Assembly: GCA_965227305.1 (NCBI GenBank)
Contig: OZ245740.1
Coordinates: 10,264,497 to 10,328,496, forward strand
Reading direction: 5' to 3'
Origin: Limisphaerales bacterium
GTDB taxonomy: Bacteria > Verrucomicrobiota > Verrucomicrobiia > Limisphaerales > AAA164-E04
Length of the DNA: 64,000 nt
The notes beneath the pieces are model-generated. The model was not told the origin of the DNA. It made no database searches and worked only from the letters and a program-made list of their open reading frames with translations. Positions 50,972 to 61,335 of the stretch are shown piece after piece. The stretch's first letter is position 1. Each line of letters begins with the position of its first letter. Both the position numbers and the translations under genes were made by a program.

Positions 50972-52276
50972 CTAGTGGAGCACGGGCGGAAGTGAGGCTT
51001 CCCATTCGGTTCGCGAGACGGATTCCGCTTGGTGCCGATGAACGAAGGTCCCTTTCTTGTTCCCTACAATGATCTCTGGAAAGCCATCGCCCGTGATGTC
51101 TTTCGCTAATACTTGGGTGCCGATACCGGAGTCCGAATCGATCAAATGGGGGATGAAGTTGACGCCGTTACGCCGGTCCAACTTGAACCAATAGAGCACC
51201 GCTGGTGCGTTCGGTTCCGCGTCCCCATTCGGGCCGTGCGCCCAGAAGCGTTTGCCGGTGATGACATCGAGGAGGCCATCCTTGTCCATATCGATCAGAT
51301 CCATGGAATGGGGTTGGGAAAATTTTACTCCGTAGGGGTTTTCGCTGGGTTCCTTGTTGACGAACACGTGGGCTTTGAAATCGATTTTTCCGTTGTTCTC
51401 AATGTGCTCGTACCAGGCAAGCCCGTAACCATGAGCCGCCAAGCAGGTGATCACGTCATTGTCGCCATCTCCATCCACGTCGTAGGCATACATGTGGGCG
51501 GAACCACCGGGGGCAAACGGATGGGGATGAAACGTCCAAGCGGGATCGCCAGCGAGCGAGGGCGGTTGTTCCCACCAGCCGTTCATTTCCATGATGTCTT
51601 TTCGCCCGTCTCCGTTGACGTCCCCGACGCCCATGCCGTGGGTGTAGCGTTGCCAATTGCCTTTTGGCGTGACTGGGCGGAAGGGCCAGGGCTGGGTGGG
51701 GTTGGCTGTGTCCGGCGTCGCGAATCCAAAGTAGCCGCCGGAGTTGCAAACGATTTCGGGGCGATCGTCTCCGGTGAGGTCGACGTAGTGCGGCGACTCG
51801 TTGTCCGTCACCGCCAAGGCGATGTGCGGGGTCCACATCTGTTCCCTGCCGCGCGGATTCTCATACCAGGTGGATTCCTCCCCGGGAAATCCGAGAATGA
51901 GAATGTCGTCCCAGCCGTCACCATTGAAGTCATCCGTGTAGGCGACGAAGTTTCTGGAATAGCCGTTGCGATTGCTGAGCGCCCCTGGGTAGCCGGGCAC
52001 GATGCGGATCGAGCCATCGCTTTGCTTAAGTTCGAAGCTCTGGGAGTCGGCGTAGTAGGTATGCCGCATGGAGAAATTGGGGCCTTCCCACCAGTAGGGA
52101 CCGGAGACGATGTCTTGGTGGCCGTCGCGGTTAAAATCCCCCGCGTTGGCCCCTTCGCTCCAAAACTGGTCGGTCAGTTGCACTTTGGTGAATGAGTGAC
52201 GGTAATGTTCCGCACCTTGAAGAGACAATGCAGCGGCCCCGAGGGCTAGGCTCGCGATGAGAATCGGACGTGGCAT
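50972..52276 (-). CDS. Secreted FG-GAP/VCBS repeat protein
   Basis: Repeated [45 protein letters not shown]. Confidence 0.88.
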   Translation of the reverse strand: MPRPILIASLALGAAALSLQGAEHYRHSFTKVQLTDQFWSEGANAGDFNRDGHQDIVSGPYWWEGPNFSMRHTYYADSQSFELKQSDGSIRIVPGYPGALSNRNGYSRNFVAYTDDFNGDGWDDILILGFPGEESTWYENPRGREQMWTPHIALAVTDNESPHYVDLTGDDRPEIVCNSGGYFGFATPDTANPTQPWPFRPVTPKGNWQRYTHGMGVGDVNGDGRKDIMEMNGWWEQPPSLAGDPAWTFHPHPFAPGGSAHMYAYDVDGDGDNDVITCLAAHGYGLAWYEHIENNGKIDFKAHVFVNKEPSENPYGVKFSQPHSMDLIDMDKDGLLDVITGKRFWAHGPNGDAEPNAPAVLYWFKLDRRNGVNFIPHLIDSDSGIGTQVLAKDITGDGFPEIIVGNKKGTFVHRHQAESVSRTEWEASLPPVLH

Positions 52277-52367
52277 AAGGGTATCTACCCAAGGATTCGA
52301 GACGGGGTCAAGTGGGAGCTTGCGTCGATCCTGGCGCTCCCGTAAAAACGGCTTCTTTATTGCGACT

Positions 52368-53366
52368 ATGACGACGAACTCTTCTCCAATTCGCGTAGCA
52401 GTGACCGGGGCAGCCGGGCAAATCGGCTATTCATTGCTTTTCCGGATCGCTTCCGGTGCCATGTTTGGCCCTCACCAACCCGTCATCCTCCATCTCATCG
52501 AAATTGAGCCCGCCATGGGTGCCCTGGAAGGGGTTGTGATGGAATTGGAAGACTGTGCCTTTCCGTTGTTGAAGGGCACGGTGCCGACTTGCAGCTTGGA
52601 TGAGGGATTTAAGGGCGTGAATTGGGCGCTCCTGGTTGGGAGCGTACCCCGCAAGCAGGGGATGGAGCGCAAGGACCTGCTGGGTATCAACGGCAAGATC
52701 TTCGTCGGCCAAGGCCAGGCCATCCAGAACAATGCGGCCAGCGATGTCCGCACGCTCGTGGTCGGCAACCCTTGCAATACCAACTGTCTCATCGCCATGA
52801 ACAATGCTCGGGATATCCCGAGCAATCGCTGGTTTGCCATGACCCGATTGGATGAAAATCGGGCTAAGTCCCAACTGGCGCAGAAAGCTGGCGTGGATGT
52901 GACGGAGGTGACGAATTTGGCGGTTTGGGGCAATCACTCTGCCACGCAATACCCAGATTTCACCAATGCCAAGATCGGCGGCCGGCCGGTCCCCAGCGTG
53001 ATCGAAGATCGCGCATGGCTTGAAGGCGAGTTCATCTCCACCGTGCAGCAGCGTGGAGCCGCTATCATTAAGGCTCGTGGTGCCTCCAGTGCCGCTAGCG
53101 CTGCGAATGCGGTGGTCGACAGTGTCGCCTCGATCGTGAATCCCACCATGAACGGAGATTGGTCTTCCGTTTGTATCGCTTCGCGCGGGGACTATGGCAT
53201 CGAGGAAGGGCTGATTTGCTCGTTCCCGATCCGCAGCCACGGGGATGAATTGAGCGTGGTTGAGAGCCTCCCGTTGGACGCCTTTAGCCAGGAGAAAATC
53301 AATGTTACCGTGACCGAGCTGAAGGAAGAGAAGGCCATGGTCGCTGAGCATTTGCCTCAGGCCTAA
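52368..53366 (+). CDS. mdh: Malate dehydrogenase (type 2)
   Basis: [43 protein letters not shown]. Confidence 0.96.
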   Translation: MTTNSSPIRVAVTGAAGQIGYSLLFRIASGAMFGPHQPVILHLIEIEPAMGALEGVVMELEDCAFPLLKGTVPTCSLDEGFKGVNWALLVGSVPRKQGMERKDLLGINGKIFVGQGQAIQNNAASDVRTLVVGNPCNTNCLIAMNNARDIPSNRWFAMTRLDENRAKSQLAQKAGVDVTEVTNLAVWGNHSATQYPDFTNAKIGGRPVPSVIEDRAWLEGEFISTVQQRGAAIIKARGASSAASAANAVVDSVASIVNPTMNGDWSSVCIASRGDYGIEEGLICSFPIRSHGDELSVVESLPLDAFSQEKINVTVTELKEEKAMVAEHLPQA

Positions 53367-53399
53367 CGTTAGGCTGCTAGTCTCTTTCCGCGTTCCATC

Positions 53400-54086
53400 A
53401 TGAACCTGACCCGACGGGAACTCGCCCGTCATATCGATCACACCCTGCTGAATCCCACCGCCACGGCGAGCGAGATTCGTAATCTCTGCGAAGAGGCCGT
53501 GGAGTGGGAATGCTACAGTGTGTGTGTCGCGAGTTCTCGCATCGAAACGGCCGTGGCTGCGACGGAGGATTCCGACGTTCGCGTCTGTTCAGTTGTGGGG
53601 TTTCCGCTCGGTTCCAGCGATGCGGATTCCAAACGGTACGAAACCGAGATGGCGGTGGACCTCGGCGCGCATGAAATCGATATGGTCATCAACGTCGGTC
53701 TCGTGAAGGATGGCGATCGGGATGAACTGATCTTCCGTGAATTACGAGATATCGTAGAAGCGGCCGACGAGCGTCCCGTGAAAGTGATCCTTGAAACGGG
53801 GTATTTGGAGGACGCGGAGATTGATCGGGTCGTCGAACTTTTCAAACGGTCCGGCGCTGCCTTTGTGAAGACTTCGACCGGTTTTGGTCCGCGTGGAGCG
53901 ACGGTCGAAGAGGTGGCGCGATTACGAACTTTGGTAGGGCCCGGCTTCGGGGTGAAGGCGTCGGGCGGTATCCGGGATTTGGCCGCTGCCTTGGCCATGA
54001 TTGAGTCCGGGGCCAGTCGTTTAGGCACGTCGGCTTCGGTTCGGATTCTCGAAGCCGCGGATGCGGCCGAGATGGAGTCGGCCTAA
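53400..54086 (+). CDS. deoC: Deoxyribose-phosphate aldolase
   Basis: IDHTLL, VVGFPLG, KVILET, FVKTSTGF, VKASGGIR. Confidence 0.95.
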   Translation: MNLTRRELARHIDHTLLNPTATASEIRNLCEEAVEWECYSVCVASSRIETAVAATEDSDVRVCSVVGFPLGSSDADSKRYETEMAVDLGAHEIDMVINVGLVKDGDRDELIFRELRDIVEAADERPVKVILETGYLEDAEIDRVVELFKRSGAAFVKTSTGFGPRGATVEEVARLRTLVGPGFGVKASGGIRDLAAALAMIESGASRLGTSASVRILEAADAAEMESA

Positions 54087-55627
54087 TCTTTTCCGGCCGC
54101 TTTCTGGCTGAAGCTTTCGGCCAGTGCGATGGTACGGATCATCGACTTGGACTTGTTTACGGTTTCTTGGAACTCGGTTTCCGGTTGGGAATCGTTTACC
54201 CAGCCTCCACCTGCCTGCACGTAGGCTTTGCCGTCTTTCATCAGCGCCGTGCGAATGGTGATGCAGCAATCCAGGTTGCCGTCATAGGAGAAGTAACCCA
54301 CGCACCCACCATAGGGACCGCGTTGGGTTTGCTCGAACTCGGAAATGATCTGCATGGCCCGCACCTTGGGCGCGCCGCTGAGTGTGCCGGCGGGGAAGGT
54401 GGCTCGCATCAGATCGTAGGGCGTCTTGCCGCTCGCCAATTGGCCTTCCACTTGAGACACGATGTGCATCACGTGGCTGTAGCGTTCGATGACCATGAGG
54501 TCCTTCACCACGACAGAATCGAATTCGCAGACGCGGCCGATGTCGTTTCGTGCCAGGTCCACTAGCATCACGTGCTCGGCGCGTTCCTTCGGATCGGCCA
54601 ATAGATCCTTCTCGTGAGCGAGATCTTCGTCTCGGTCCCGGCCGCGGGGGCGGGTGCCGGCGATCGGGCGGATTTCGACGCGGCCGGATTCGCTCCGAAC
54701 GTGGATTTCCGGTGATGCCCCCACCAAGGCCATGCCTTCCAATTCAAGGAGAAACATGTAGGGCGAGGGGTTGACGGAACGGGCCGCACGGTAGACGTCC
54801 AGCGGCGAAGCGGTAACGGGAGCTTCGAAGCGTTGGGAACCGACGACTTGAATGATATCGCCGGCTTGAATGTACTCTTTGGCTCGCTCGACGTAGGAAA
54901 GGAAATCTTCTTTGGCCATGTTGGACTGAAAGTCCGGGGCTGGAGCATCGGTCAGGAGGCTGGCTGGTTGGTATTGCACGGGCTTTGAGAGGCACGCCAC
55001 GATGCGTTCGATTCGTTCGGTGGCATCGGCGTAGGTGGCTTCCGGGTCTTGGTCCGGACTGAGCTTGGCGTTGACGATGATGGTGATCGTTTGGGAGACC
55101 CGGTCGAAGACCAGCAATTCATCGGCAATGAGGAAATAGACCGTGGGGGTGCCGAGGTCATCCCGCTTCGGGCGGGGGACGGTGGGTTCGACATCGTGGA
55201 TAAACTCATAGCCAATGAACCCGACTGCGCCTCCAGTGAACCGGTTCGGGAGATTGGGGAGGGAGACGGGTTGGTAGCGCTTGAGATAGCGCTCGACGAC
55301 CTCCAGGGCGTCTCGAACGGTGTTTTCCGTATCGGGAGTGCCCTTCCGACGAACTTGAAATTCTTCCAGCGGCGCGCCCGGAGCTTGGATTTCGACTCGG
55401 TCCTCGGTTTGCCGGATTACGGCGGAGGGGTGGCAGCCTACGAATGAGTAGCGGCCGAGGTGCTCGCCGCCCTCGACGGACTCGAAAAGAAAGGTCTCCC
55501 CTTGATCGCGGAGTTTCCAGTAGGCGGACACCGGCGTATCGAAGTCCGCCAGGATCTGCCGGGTCACTGGAATCAGGTTGCCGTCTTGGGACAGCTCACG
55601 GAAGGATTCAAGATCGGGGTAATACAT
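54083..55627 (-). CDS. trpE: Anthranilate synthase component I
   Basis: DTPVSAY, NPSPYMF, IAGTRPRG, EHVMLVDLARND, PAGTLSGAPK. Confidence 0.93.
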   Translation of the reverse strand: MYYPDLESFRELSQDGNLIPVTRQILADFDTPVSAYWKLRDQGETFLFESVEGGEHLGRYSFVGCHPSAVIRQTEDRVEIQAPGAPLEEFQVRRKGTPDTENTVRDALEVVERYLKRYQPVSLPNLPNRFTGGAVGFIGYEFIHDVEPTVPRPKRDDLGTPTVYFLIADELLVFDRVSQTITIIVNAKLSPDQDPEATYADATERIERIVACLSKPVQYQPASLLTDAPAPDFQSNMAKEDFLSYVERAKEYIQAGDIIQVVGSQRFEAPVTASPLDVYRAARSVNPSPYMFLLELEGMALVGASPEIHVRSESGRVEIRPIAGTRPRGRDRDEDLAHEKDLLADPKERAEHVMLVDLARNDIGRVCEFDSVVVKDLMVIERYSHVMHIVSQVEGQLASGKTPYDLMRATFPAGTLSGAPKVRAMQIISEFEQTQRGPYGGCVGYFSYDGNLDCCITIRTALMKDGKAYVQAGGGWVNDSQPETEFQETVNKSKSMIRTIALAESFSQKAAGKD

Positions 55628-55748
55628 TACATCAAGTCTCGCGAAGGGGGGGTGATACGAAGGGGCCGAGCGTCGTAAATCTGCGAATCCCTAGCGGATC
55701 CATGATTTGACGCGTGCGCGATTGATTCGCGTTTGCCAGGATAGCGAC

Positions 55749-56615
55749 ATGCACGTAATCACAGACGAACGGTGCCTAGCGTATCACGCGCCTGGGCACC
55801 CGGAGCGACCTGCGAGGGTGAAGAATACCTTGGCCAAATTGCGAACTCAAGATGAGATTCCGATCGAATGGCACGCTCCGTCTGTGGCCACCGACGCGCT
55901 ACTCCGGCTGGGGCACACGGACGCTCACATCGAAGCCTTGCGGGCGCCGGTTGCTGATTTTGACGGGGATACGCCGGCCTATCCAGAAATCGATCAACAC
56001 GCACGACGGTCCGTGGGCGGGGCGATGGATGCGTTGGCGTTGGCGCTGGAAGGGCAGCAAGCCTTTAGTTTGTTGCGTCCCCCCGGGCATCACGCCACTG
56101 GCAGTCGCCCGATGGGGTTCTGTTACTTGGGCTCGGTGGGCTTGTCGGCCCTGCACGCTTCGCGGACCTTGGGTAAGCGGGTGGCGGTGTATGATTTTGA
56201 TGTGCATCACGGCAATGGGACGGAAGCGCTGCTATTGGACCAACCCGGTGTTTCCTTCTCGTCCATCCACCAACATCCCTGCTATCCGGGGACTGGGACG
56301 AAGAACGTGGGATCGAACTGTTTGAACTATCCCGTGGCGCCGCAGACACCGCCTTCCGAGTATCGCGCCATCCTGGAGCGAGCTATGGAGGCGGTGGTGG
56401 CGTGGCAGCCGGACTTGATTGCCGTTTCGGCTGGGTTTGATGCGTATTATCGGGATCCGATTGCTCAGGAAACCTTGCGGGCGGAGGATTTTCGGTGGAT
56501 TGGGGAACGATTGAAGGCAACGGGGGTGCCGTTTTATTCCGTGTTGGAAGGGGGCTATAGCGATGATTTGCCGGAGTTGATATTTGCCTATTTGCAAGGG
56601 GTGACCGCGGGGTAG
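55749..56615 (+). CDS. Histone deacetylase family protein
   Basis: HPERPAR, RPPGHHA, DFDVHHGNGT, SAGFD, LEGGY. Confidence 0.92.
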   Translation: MHVITDERCLAYHAPGHPERPARVKNTLAKLRTQDEIPIEWHAPSVATDALLRLGHTDAHIEALRAPVADFDGDTPAYPEIDQHARRSVGGAMDALALALEGQQAFSLLRPPGHHATGSRPMGFCYLGSVGLSALHASRTLGKRVAVYDFDVHHGNGTEALLLDQPGVSFSSIHQHPCYPGTGTKNVGSNCLNYPVAPQTPPSEYRAILERAMEAVVAWQPDLIAVSAGFDAYYRDPIAQETLRAEDFRWIGERLKATGVPFYSVLEGGYSDDLPELIFAYLQGVTAG

Positions 56616-57165
56616 GAATAGGCCGCCCTTACAGGGCTTGTCGCTTGTTTGTTCCGTTTTCCCGGGGCGTCGCCCCGGGCTAGAACGGACCGGACCTTCG
56701 GCCCTCGGGAAGTGGCGGAATGTTTCCCGTGCGAGAGGGCAGGGTTTCCGAGTGCCGAAGGAATGTTCCGTCGCCGGGGTTCTGGCGGGTTCCGTGGGAT
56801 CGCGTCCGTGAGAATCGGCGGTCGGGATTTCGCGTGTCGACGGTGTGTTGCGTCCCCGGGTTCGGGCGAGGCCCGTGGGATCGTGTCCCCGAGAATCGGC
56901 GGTTGGGATCTTGCGTGTCGATGATGTGTTCCGTTGCCCGGGTTCCGGCGAGGCGCGTGGGATCGCGTGCCGATGATGTGTCCCGTTGCCCGGGTTCCGG
57001 GCGAGGCGCGTGGGACCGTGGGACCGTGTCCAGAGAAACTAAGGTCGGGATTCCATCCCCAAAGGGCTTCCCAGCACCGAAGGTGCGTTCCATTGCCAGC
57101 CCAGGGCAACGCCCTGGGAACCGGGACCCTCCGTAGCGTCGAGCCCTGAAGGGGCGGGCCATTCC
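56615..57165. repeat. Large inverted-repeat pair (REP family C arms) enclosing a tandem array
   Basis: Arms 56615-56711 and 57068-57165 are imperfect reverse complements, each with three small hairpins (GCCCT-NNN-AGGG, CCNGGGC-NNN-GCCCNGG, CCTTCGG). Confidence 0.75.
56752..57052 (+). repeat. Degenerate tandem repeat, about 4 units (82, 81, 52 and about 86 bp)
   Basis: Units start GTG(C/T)CGA at 56752, 56834, 56915 and 56967; they share CC(C/G)GGGTTC and CGTGGGA, with GAGAA...GGGAT in the long units. Confidence 0.8.
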
Positions 57166-57195
57166 CTCCGGTGCCCGTGCTCTGGGACTATCGAC

Positions 57196-57424
57196 GGGTG
57201 TGATTATAAGTGCCGGGCATCGGATCGAAGCGGCAGGCTTCCCTATGAAGAGGCTGGAAGAACAGTTCGCTGACAAGGAAAGCGGCAGCTCTGCTCCCGC
57301 ACTCCATATGAGAGAGCTGAATTTTAAATTTTGAAGTTTTCATTCTTCCCGCAATAGACCGCCTCCTTATGCGTGATTGCCCGCTGTTTCTACAACCGAT
57401 CTCCCCGCACTTTGAATCACACCC
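57196..57424. mobile_element. MITE-like element (long type)
   Basis: GGGTGTGATT...AATCACACCC; flanks ACTATCGAC / ACTACCGAC (8 of 9 identical). Confidence 0.85.
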
Positions 57425-57516
57425 ACTACCGACCCGTTGACGAATAACCGGTTGACGACCATCGCGGGTTCCGCTCAAGATCCGCTCGCCGGCGCCCGAC
57501 CGCGACGGTCCACGAA

Positions 57517-58269
57517 ATGAAAGCAGTTATTCTCGCAGCAGGAAAAGGCACTCGAATGGGGGACCTCACCGTGGCGCTCCCCAAGCCCATGTTGAAGGTG
57601 CACGGTAAGCCCATCTTGGAACACATTGTGGAAGGACTCGTTGCTGCGGGCGTCGATGGGGTTTGTATCATCACGGGTTGGAAAGCCGAAATGATCGAGG
57701 ACTACTTCGGAGACGGTTCGGCCTTCAATACCTCGATCCAGTACGTTCGCCAAGCGGTTCAAGACGGAACCGGCAAGGCCCCGGAGTTGGCCAAAGAATT
57801 TGTGGGAACCGATGACTTTATTCTCACCTACGGCGACATCTTGGTGCATTCGAAAACCTATCAGGCCATGGTGAATCGGTTTGGGGAAGGGACGTTCTCG
57901 GGGTTGTTGACCGTGACCGAGGGAGAGGATGTGACCAAGGGGGGGCTCAACTTCTTTGATGACCAGTTTTGTTTGACTCGGCTGGTGGAAAAACCCAGTC
58001 AGGAACAGATCGATGGACTACGCGCGTCGGGCGAGTTGAAGGCCGGCGAGCCGGTTTATTACAACGCCGGGATTTACATCTTTTGCCCTGTAGTTTTTGA
58101 GTTCACCGCTCGGCTCGAAAAGTCACCCCGAGGGGAGTACGAACTCACCGATGCGATCCAAGCCATGGTGGATGCGGATCAAACGATTGCCGGGCACGCG
58201 ATCGAGGGCCGGTGGGTGGACGTCCGCGATCCGGAGGTGCTTGCGGAGTTAGAGCAACAGTCCGTTTAG
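57517..58269 (+). CDS. Sugar-phosphate nucleotidyltransferase
   Basis: ILAAGKGTRM, PKPML, LTYGD, VEKP, SPRGEYELTDA. Confidence 0.9.
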   Translation: MKAVILAAGKGTRMGDLTVALPKPMLKVHGKPILEHIVEGLVAAGVDGVCIITGWKAEMIEDYFGDGSAFNTSIQYVRQAVQDGTGKAPELAKEFVGTDDFILTYGDILVHSKTYQAMVNRFGEGTFSGLLTVTEGEDVTKGGLNFFDDQFCLTRLVEKPSQEQIDGLRASGELKAGEPVYYNAGIYIFCPVVFEFTARLEKSPRGEYELTDAIQAMVDADQTIAGHAIEGRWVDVRDPEVLAELEQQSV

Positions 58270-58799
58270 CCGAGCGCTAAGGGCCTCTGCGTCGGTCAAA
58301 GAGGGGCCTAAAGCGCGTCCCCGGATGGGGGCGAAATACACTTAAGTTTTCCCGAAAAACGGGCATCTACTTCTTATTCAGTATGGCGGATCTTTGTGTT
58401 GATCTGTCGTGTTTCTGCATTTATTCCAGCTAATTCAGAATCGATTTAGTCGGAAAGAATGACTCATTTTACGACACGGGGCCTCCTTTCCCGCGATCGC
58501 GAACCGCTCTCTTCATATTGCTCTTGTGGCTCAGAAGTCATTCGGCTTAGGTGGAATGGACGGCGGTATTGGATAGATTGGTCTCTTGCAGATGGACACG
58601 CATGATAGAGTGATCATTTGGGTGTGGGGCGATTCGGGCAGGGCTCGAATGGCTGCGCACGATTTTGATTGGTTCTGGCGTGGAAAGGGAAGAGGCGTGG
58701 ATCGAGTGAAACTGCTGTCCTGTCCGCCGCATATTTGAGAAGGGTATGGCAGTTGCTTCGCCGAAAGTGTCGAAAATAAGAACAGAGTGAGGTAATTGA

Positions 58800-59249
58800 A
58801 TGATACGAAAAAATGGCGATCACGTGGTGTATGAGGATCCCCGGCGGGTCGGGTATCCGGTCGACATGGAGCTGTTGGCGCGGGAAGCAAACTACCGGGT
58901 TGCTCGGATGGGGGAAATCCTCGGGCTTTCGCCCCGCACCTTGCAGCGGTACTTTGTGGCAGGCTTAGGGGTGAAGCCTAAGTACTGGTTACGGGAACAG
59001 CGCATGCGAGACCTCTACCGACTTCTCTCCGATGGGCGTTCTTTGGATGAAGCCGCGGCCATTGTCGGCCTCCAGCGGTACGATTATTTGGCGCGGGAGG
59101 TCCGGTTTTTTGATGGCATTAGTCCGGAAGAATTGTTTGAGGACACGCCTCCAGCCGAGGTGGAAAGTCAAGAGCAAGTCAATCGAACCCGGGCCACAAC
59201 CCCAGTCTCCAGTCCGGTTTCTACCAGTCCGAGTGCCGCCAAGGCATAG
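58800..59249 (+). CDS. Stand-alone AraC-type HTH protein
   Basis: LGLSPRTLQRYF...PKYWLREQRM...SLDEAAAIVG...LAREVRFFDGISP. Confidence 0.75.
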   Translation: MIRKNGDHVVYEDPRRVGYPVDMELLAREANYRVARMGEILGLSPRTLQRYFVAGLGVKPKYWLREQRMRDLYRLLSDGRSLDEAAAIVGLQRYDYLAREVRFFDGISPEELFEDTPPAEVESQEQVNRTRATTPVSSPVSTSPSAAKA

Positions 59250-59361
59250 GTTGAGGCGTCCACTCTCTTGAGTGGTCGCCAGCGTCCCCTTGTCGGGGGC
59301 GAGGGCGGGTGGCGAAAGCTTTCGACAAGCGATCGGTCCTCGGCTGTAATGGGCGCTCTCT

Positions 59362-60216
59362 ATGAGTGACGTGGAGGAAGTCCATTCAGCCGATACGGTT
59401 GACGTAAGGGTTGAGCCGGAACCGACTGGTTTTCGAGGTAGCCGGGCGGCTTGGTGGGTGCACTTGTGCTTCCTGGGGTCCTATCCTGTGGTGATGGGCC
59501 TGATTGCCTGGCAGTTTGGTGGCAATTCAGAGACGGTGGCTCTCAGTCCGTCGGTCGACCAGCTGTTGTGGGTCGTCGGTTCGGAGCTACTCATTTTCGG
59601 CGTCTGGTTTGGGGCTGCCTGGTATCTTTCGCGGGCCACCGTCGATCAACTTCTGCTTCGCGGTAAGCACCTCTTTCGAGCCGTGGGGTTGGGGATCTTC
59701 TATTCCGTTGCCTTGCGGGTCGCTGTCGGGATTGTGGTGGTTGGAATTGTACTGTTCCTGTCTGCGGGTGGTGAACGGAGTGCGTCTGAGGTGGCCGAGG
59801 GGCTGCGCCCGGACGTCGGGAAGGTGGTCAGCACCGAGAAATTGGGGGAGGATCCGGTCTATCTGATTCTGAATTGTACACTGGTGAGCTTTGTTCTCGC
59901 AGGTTTGCGAGAGGAATTGTGGCGAGCCGGGGTCATTGGAGGTTTTTTTGTTTTATTTCCCCGATTGGATAAGAGCTGGGGCGCGCGTCTTTTTACCGTT
60001 TTTTTGGTGGCTCTTCTCTTTGGGGCCGGACACGCCGTTCAGGGTCCCGGGGGGATGGTGATGACCACGCTTCTAGGTTTGGGACTGGGGGCAATTATGG
60101 TTTTCCACCGCTCTATCTGGGAGGCGGTGCTCGCCCACGGTTTCTTCAATGCTTCGACCTTCCTGATGTTGTTTGTGGTCAAACGCTATTTTGCGGACCA
60201 GCTACCGGACCTCTAG
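59362..60216 (+). CDS. CPBP family intramembrane glutamic endopeptidase
   Basis: REELWRAG, FGAGH, AHGFFN; multi-TM. Confidence 0.85.
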   Translation: MSDVEEVHSADTVDVRVEPEPTGFRGSRAAWWVHLCFLGSYPVVMGLIAWQFGGNSETVALSPSVDQLLWVVGSELLIFGVWFGAAWYLSRATVDQLLLRGKHLFRAVGLGIFYSVALRVAVGIVVVGIVLFLSAGGERSASEVAEGLRPDVGKVVSTEKLGEDPVYLILNCTLVSFVLAGLREELWRAGVIGGFFVLFPRLDKSWGARLFTVFLVALLFGAGHAVQGPGGMVMTTLLGLGLGAIMVFHRSIWEAVLAHGFFNASTFLMLFVVKRYFADQLPDL

Positions 60217-60371
60217 ACGCGGGATCTGGCTCCGGGAGCGACCCTCGAAAGATTTTTCTCATTTTCTTGGCCGAAGTGTTGTCTGAATTTCGCACTGTCC
60301 TATGAATGGCGGATTGGGGCAGGTGTCGAACGCTGTGTTTCTTCCCGAGTGCCTCCCGCCACTCGCAGCGT

Positions 60372-60731
60372 ATGAAAATGACAAAACACGATCCACCGGG
60401 CCGCGTGCTGTTGATTCAGCGGTCTTTCAGAGGGTCCCCGTCTGAGTGGGAACATGAGGCCTTGCGACTGGCGGACCCGATCGCCAATATTCCCGGACTG
60501 ACCTGGATGATATGGACGATCAACCCGGATACCCAATCGGTCTGCGGGATTTGTTTGTTCGCCACGGAGCAGGCGGTTCAGCGTTTTGTGGATGGGCCTG
60601 TGGCGGCTCAAATGCGGGCGAGCCAGCCGGATGATTTGCTCCGAATGACGGTTCAGGAAGTGTTGCCCGGACCGTCGGCGATCACCCGTGCGCCTATTCC
60701 TGGCTTGGTGTCTGCCTGCGAGACGACATGA
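60372..60731 (+). CDS. YdhR-like putative monooxygenase (dimeric alpha-beta barrel)
   Basis: LADPIANIPGLTWMIWTIN...GICLF...SAITRAP resembles the YdhR family; start uncertain. Confidence 0.7.
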   Translation: MKMTKHDPPGRVLLIQRSFRGSPSEWEHEALRLADPIANIPGLTWMIWTINPDTQSVCGICLFATEQAVQRFVDGPVAAQMRASQPDDLLRMTVQEVLPGPSAITRAPIPGLVSACETT

Positions 60732-61288
60732 ATGCGGACGTGACCCAGATTCTCCACGCGATTGATCGTGGCGACCCGAGAGCTTCGGATCAGTTGATGC
60801 CGTTGGTCTATGAGGAACTCCGACGCTTGGCGACGGCCAAGATGCGGCAGGAGCAAGCCGGGCAGACCCTTCAAGCGACTGCCTTAGTGCATGAAGCGTA
60901 TCTGCGGCTGGTGGGATCGGAGCAGACCAACGGATGGAATAGTCGGGGCCATTTCTTTGGTGCCGCCGCTGAGTCGATGCGGCGCATCTTGGTAGACCGG
61001 GCGAGAAAGAAGCAGGCCGTTCGCCACGGTGGAGGCATGGACCGAGTGGCGCTCGAAGATATGGACATCGCGGTCAAGGCGGACGATGAGCGTTTGCTGG
61101 CCATTGATGAGGCGCTGAGCCGTTTGGCCGAGCGCGATCCGAAAGCGGCGGAATTGGTCAAACTCCGCTTTTTCGCCGGTTTGACGAATCAAGATGCCGC
61201 CAAGGCGATGGGCATGGCCGAGCGGTCGGCCAACCGTCTCTGGGCCTATGCCCGGGCTTGTCTCTACCGCGATTTGAGCCAGCCCTAG
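60728..61288 (+). CDS. ECF sigma factor, TIGR02999 (kinase-associated) type
   Basis: DVTQIL, LMPLVYEELRRLA, TLQATALVHEAYLRL, AAESMRRILVD, LVKLRFFAGL. Confidence 0.93.
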   Translation: MNADVTQILHAIDRGDPRASDQLMPLVYEELRRLATAKMRQEQAGQTLQATALVHEAYLRLVGSEQTNGWNSRGHFFGAAAESMRRILVDRARKKQAVRHGGGMDRVALEDMDIAVKADDERLLAIDEALSRLAERDPKAAELVKLRFFAGLTNQDAAKAMGMAERSANRLWAYARACLYRDLSQP

Positions 61289-61335
61289 GGGCCCATCTGG
61301 CATCGCAGTCTACTCAATTGAACTTTCCGGCAACG

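Noticed and set aside
55628-55748. trp attenuator upstream of trpE
   Set aside because: No Trp-rich leader peptide or terminator is visible in the short divergent gap.
56752-57052. Possible CRISPR array
   Set aside because: Units are similar along their whole length, with no constant repeat and unique spacers, and there are no cas genes in the window.
56588-57478. Several ORFs across the repeat island
   Set aside because: They are translations of repeats and the MITE, Arg/Pro/Gly-rich with no protein-like features.
59250-59345. Cluster of short hairpins; possible tRNA or ncRNA
   Set aside because: No cloverleaf, T-loop or CCA end, and no family that I can recognise.
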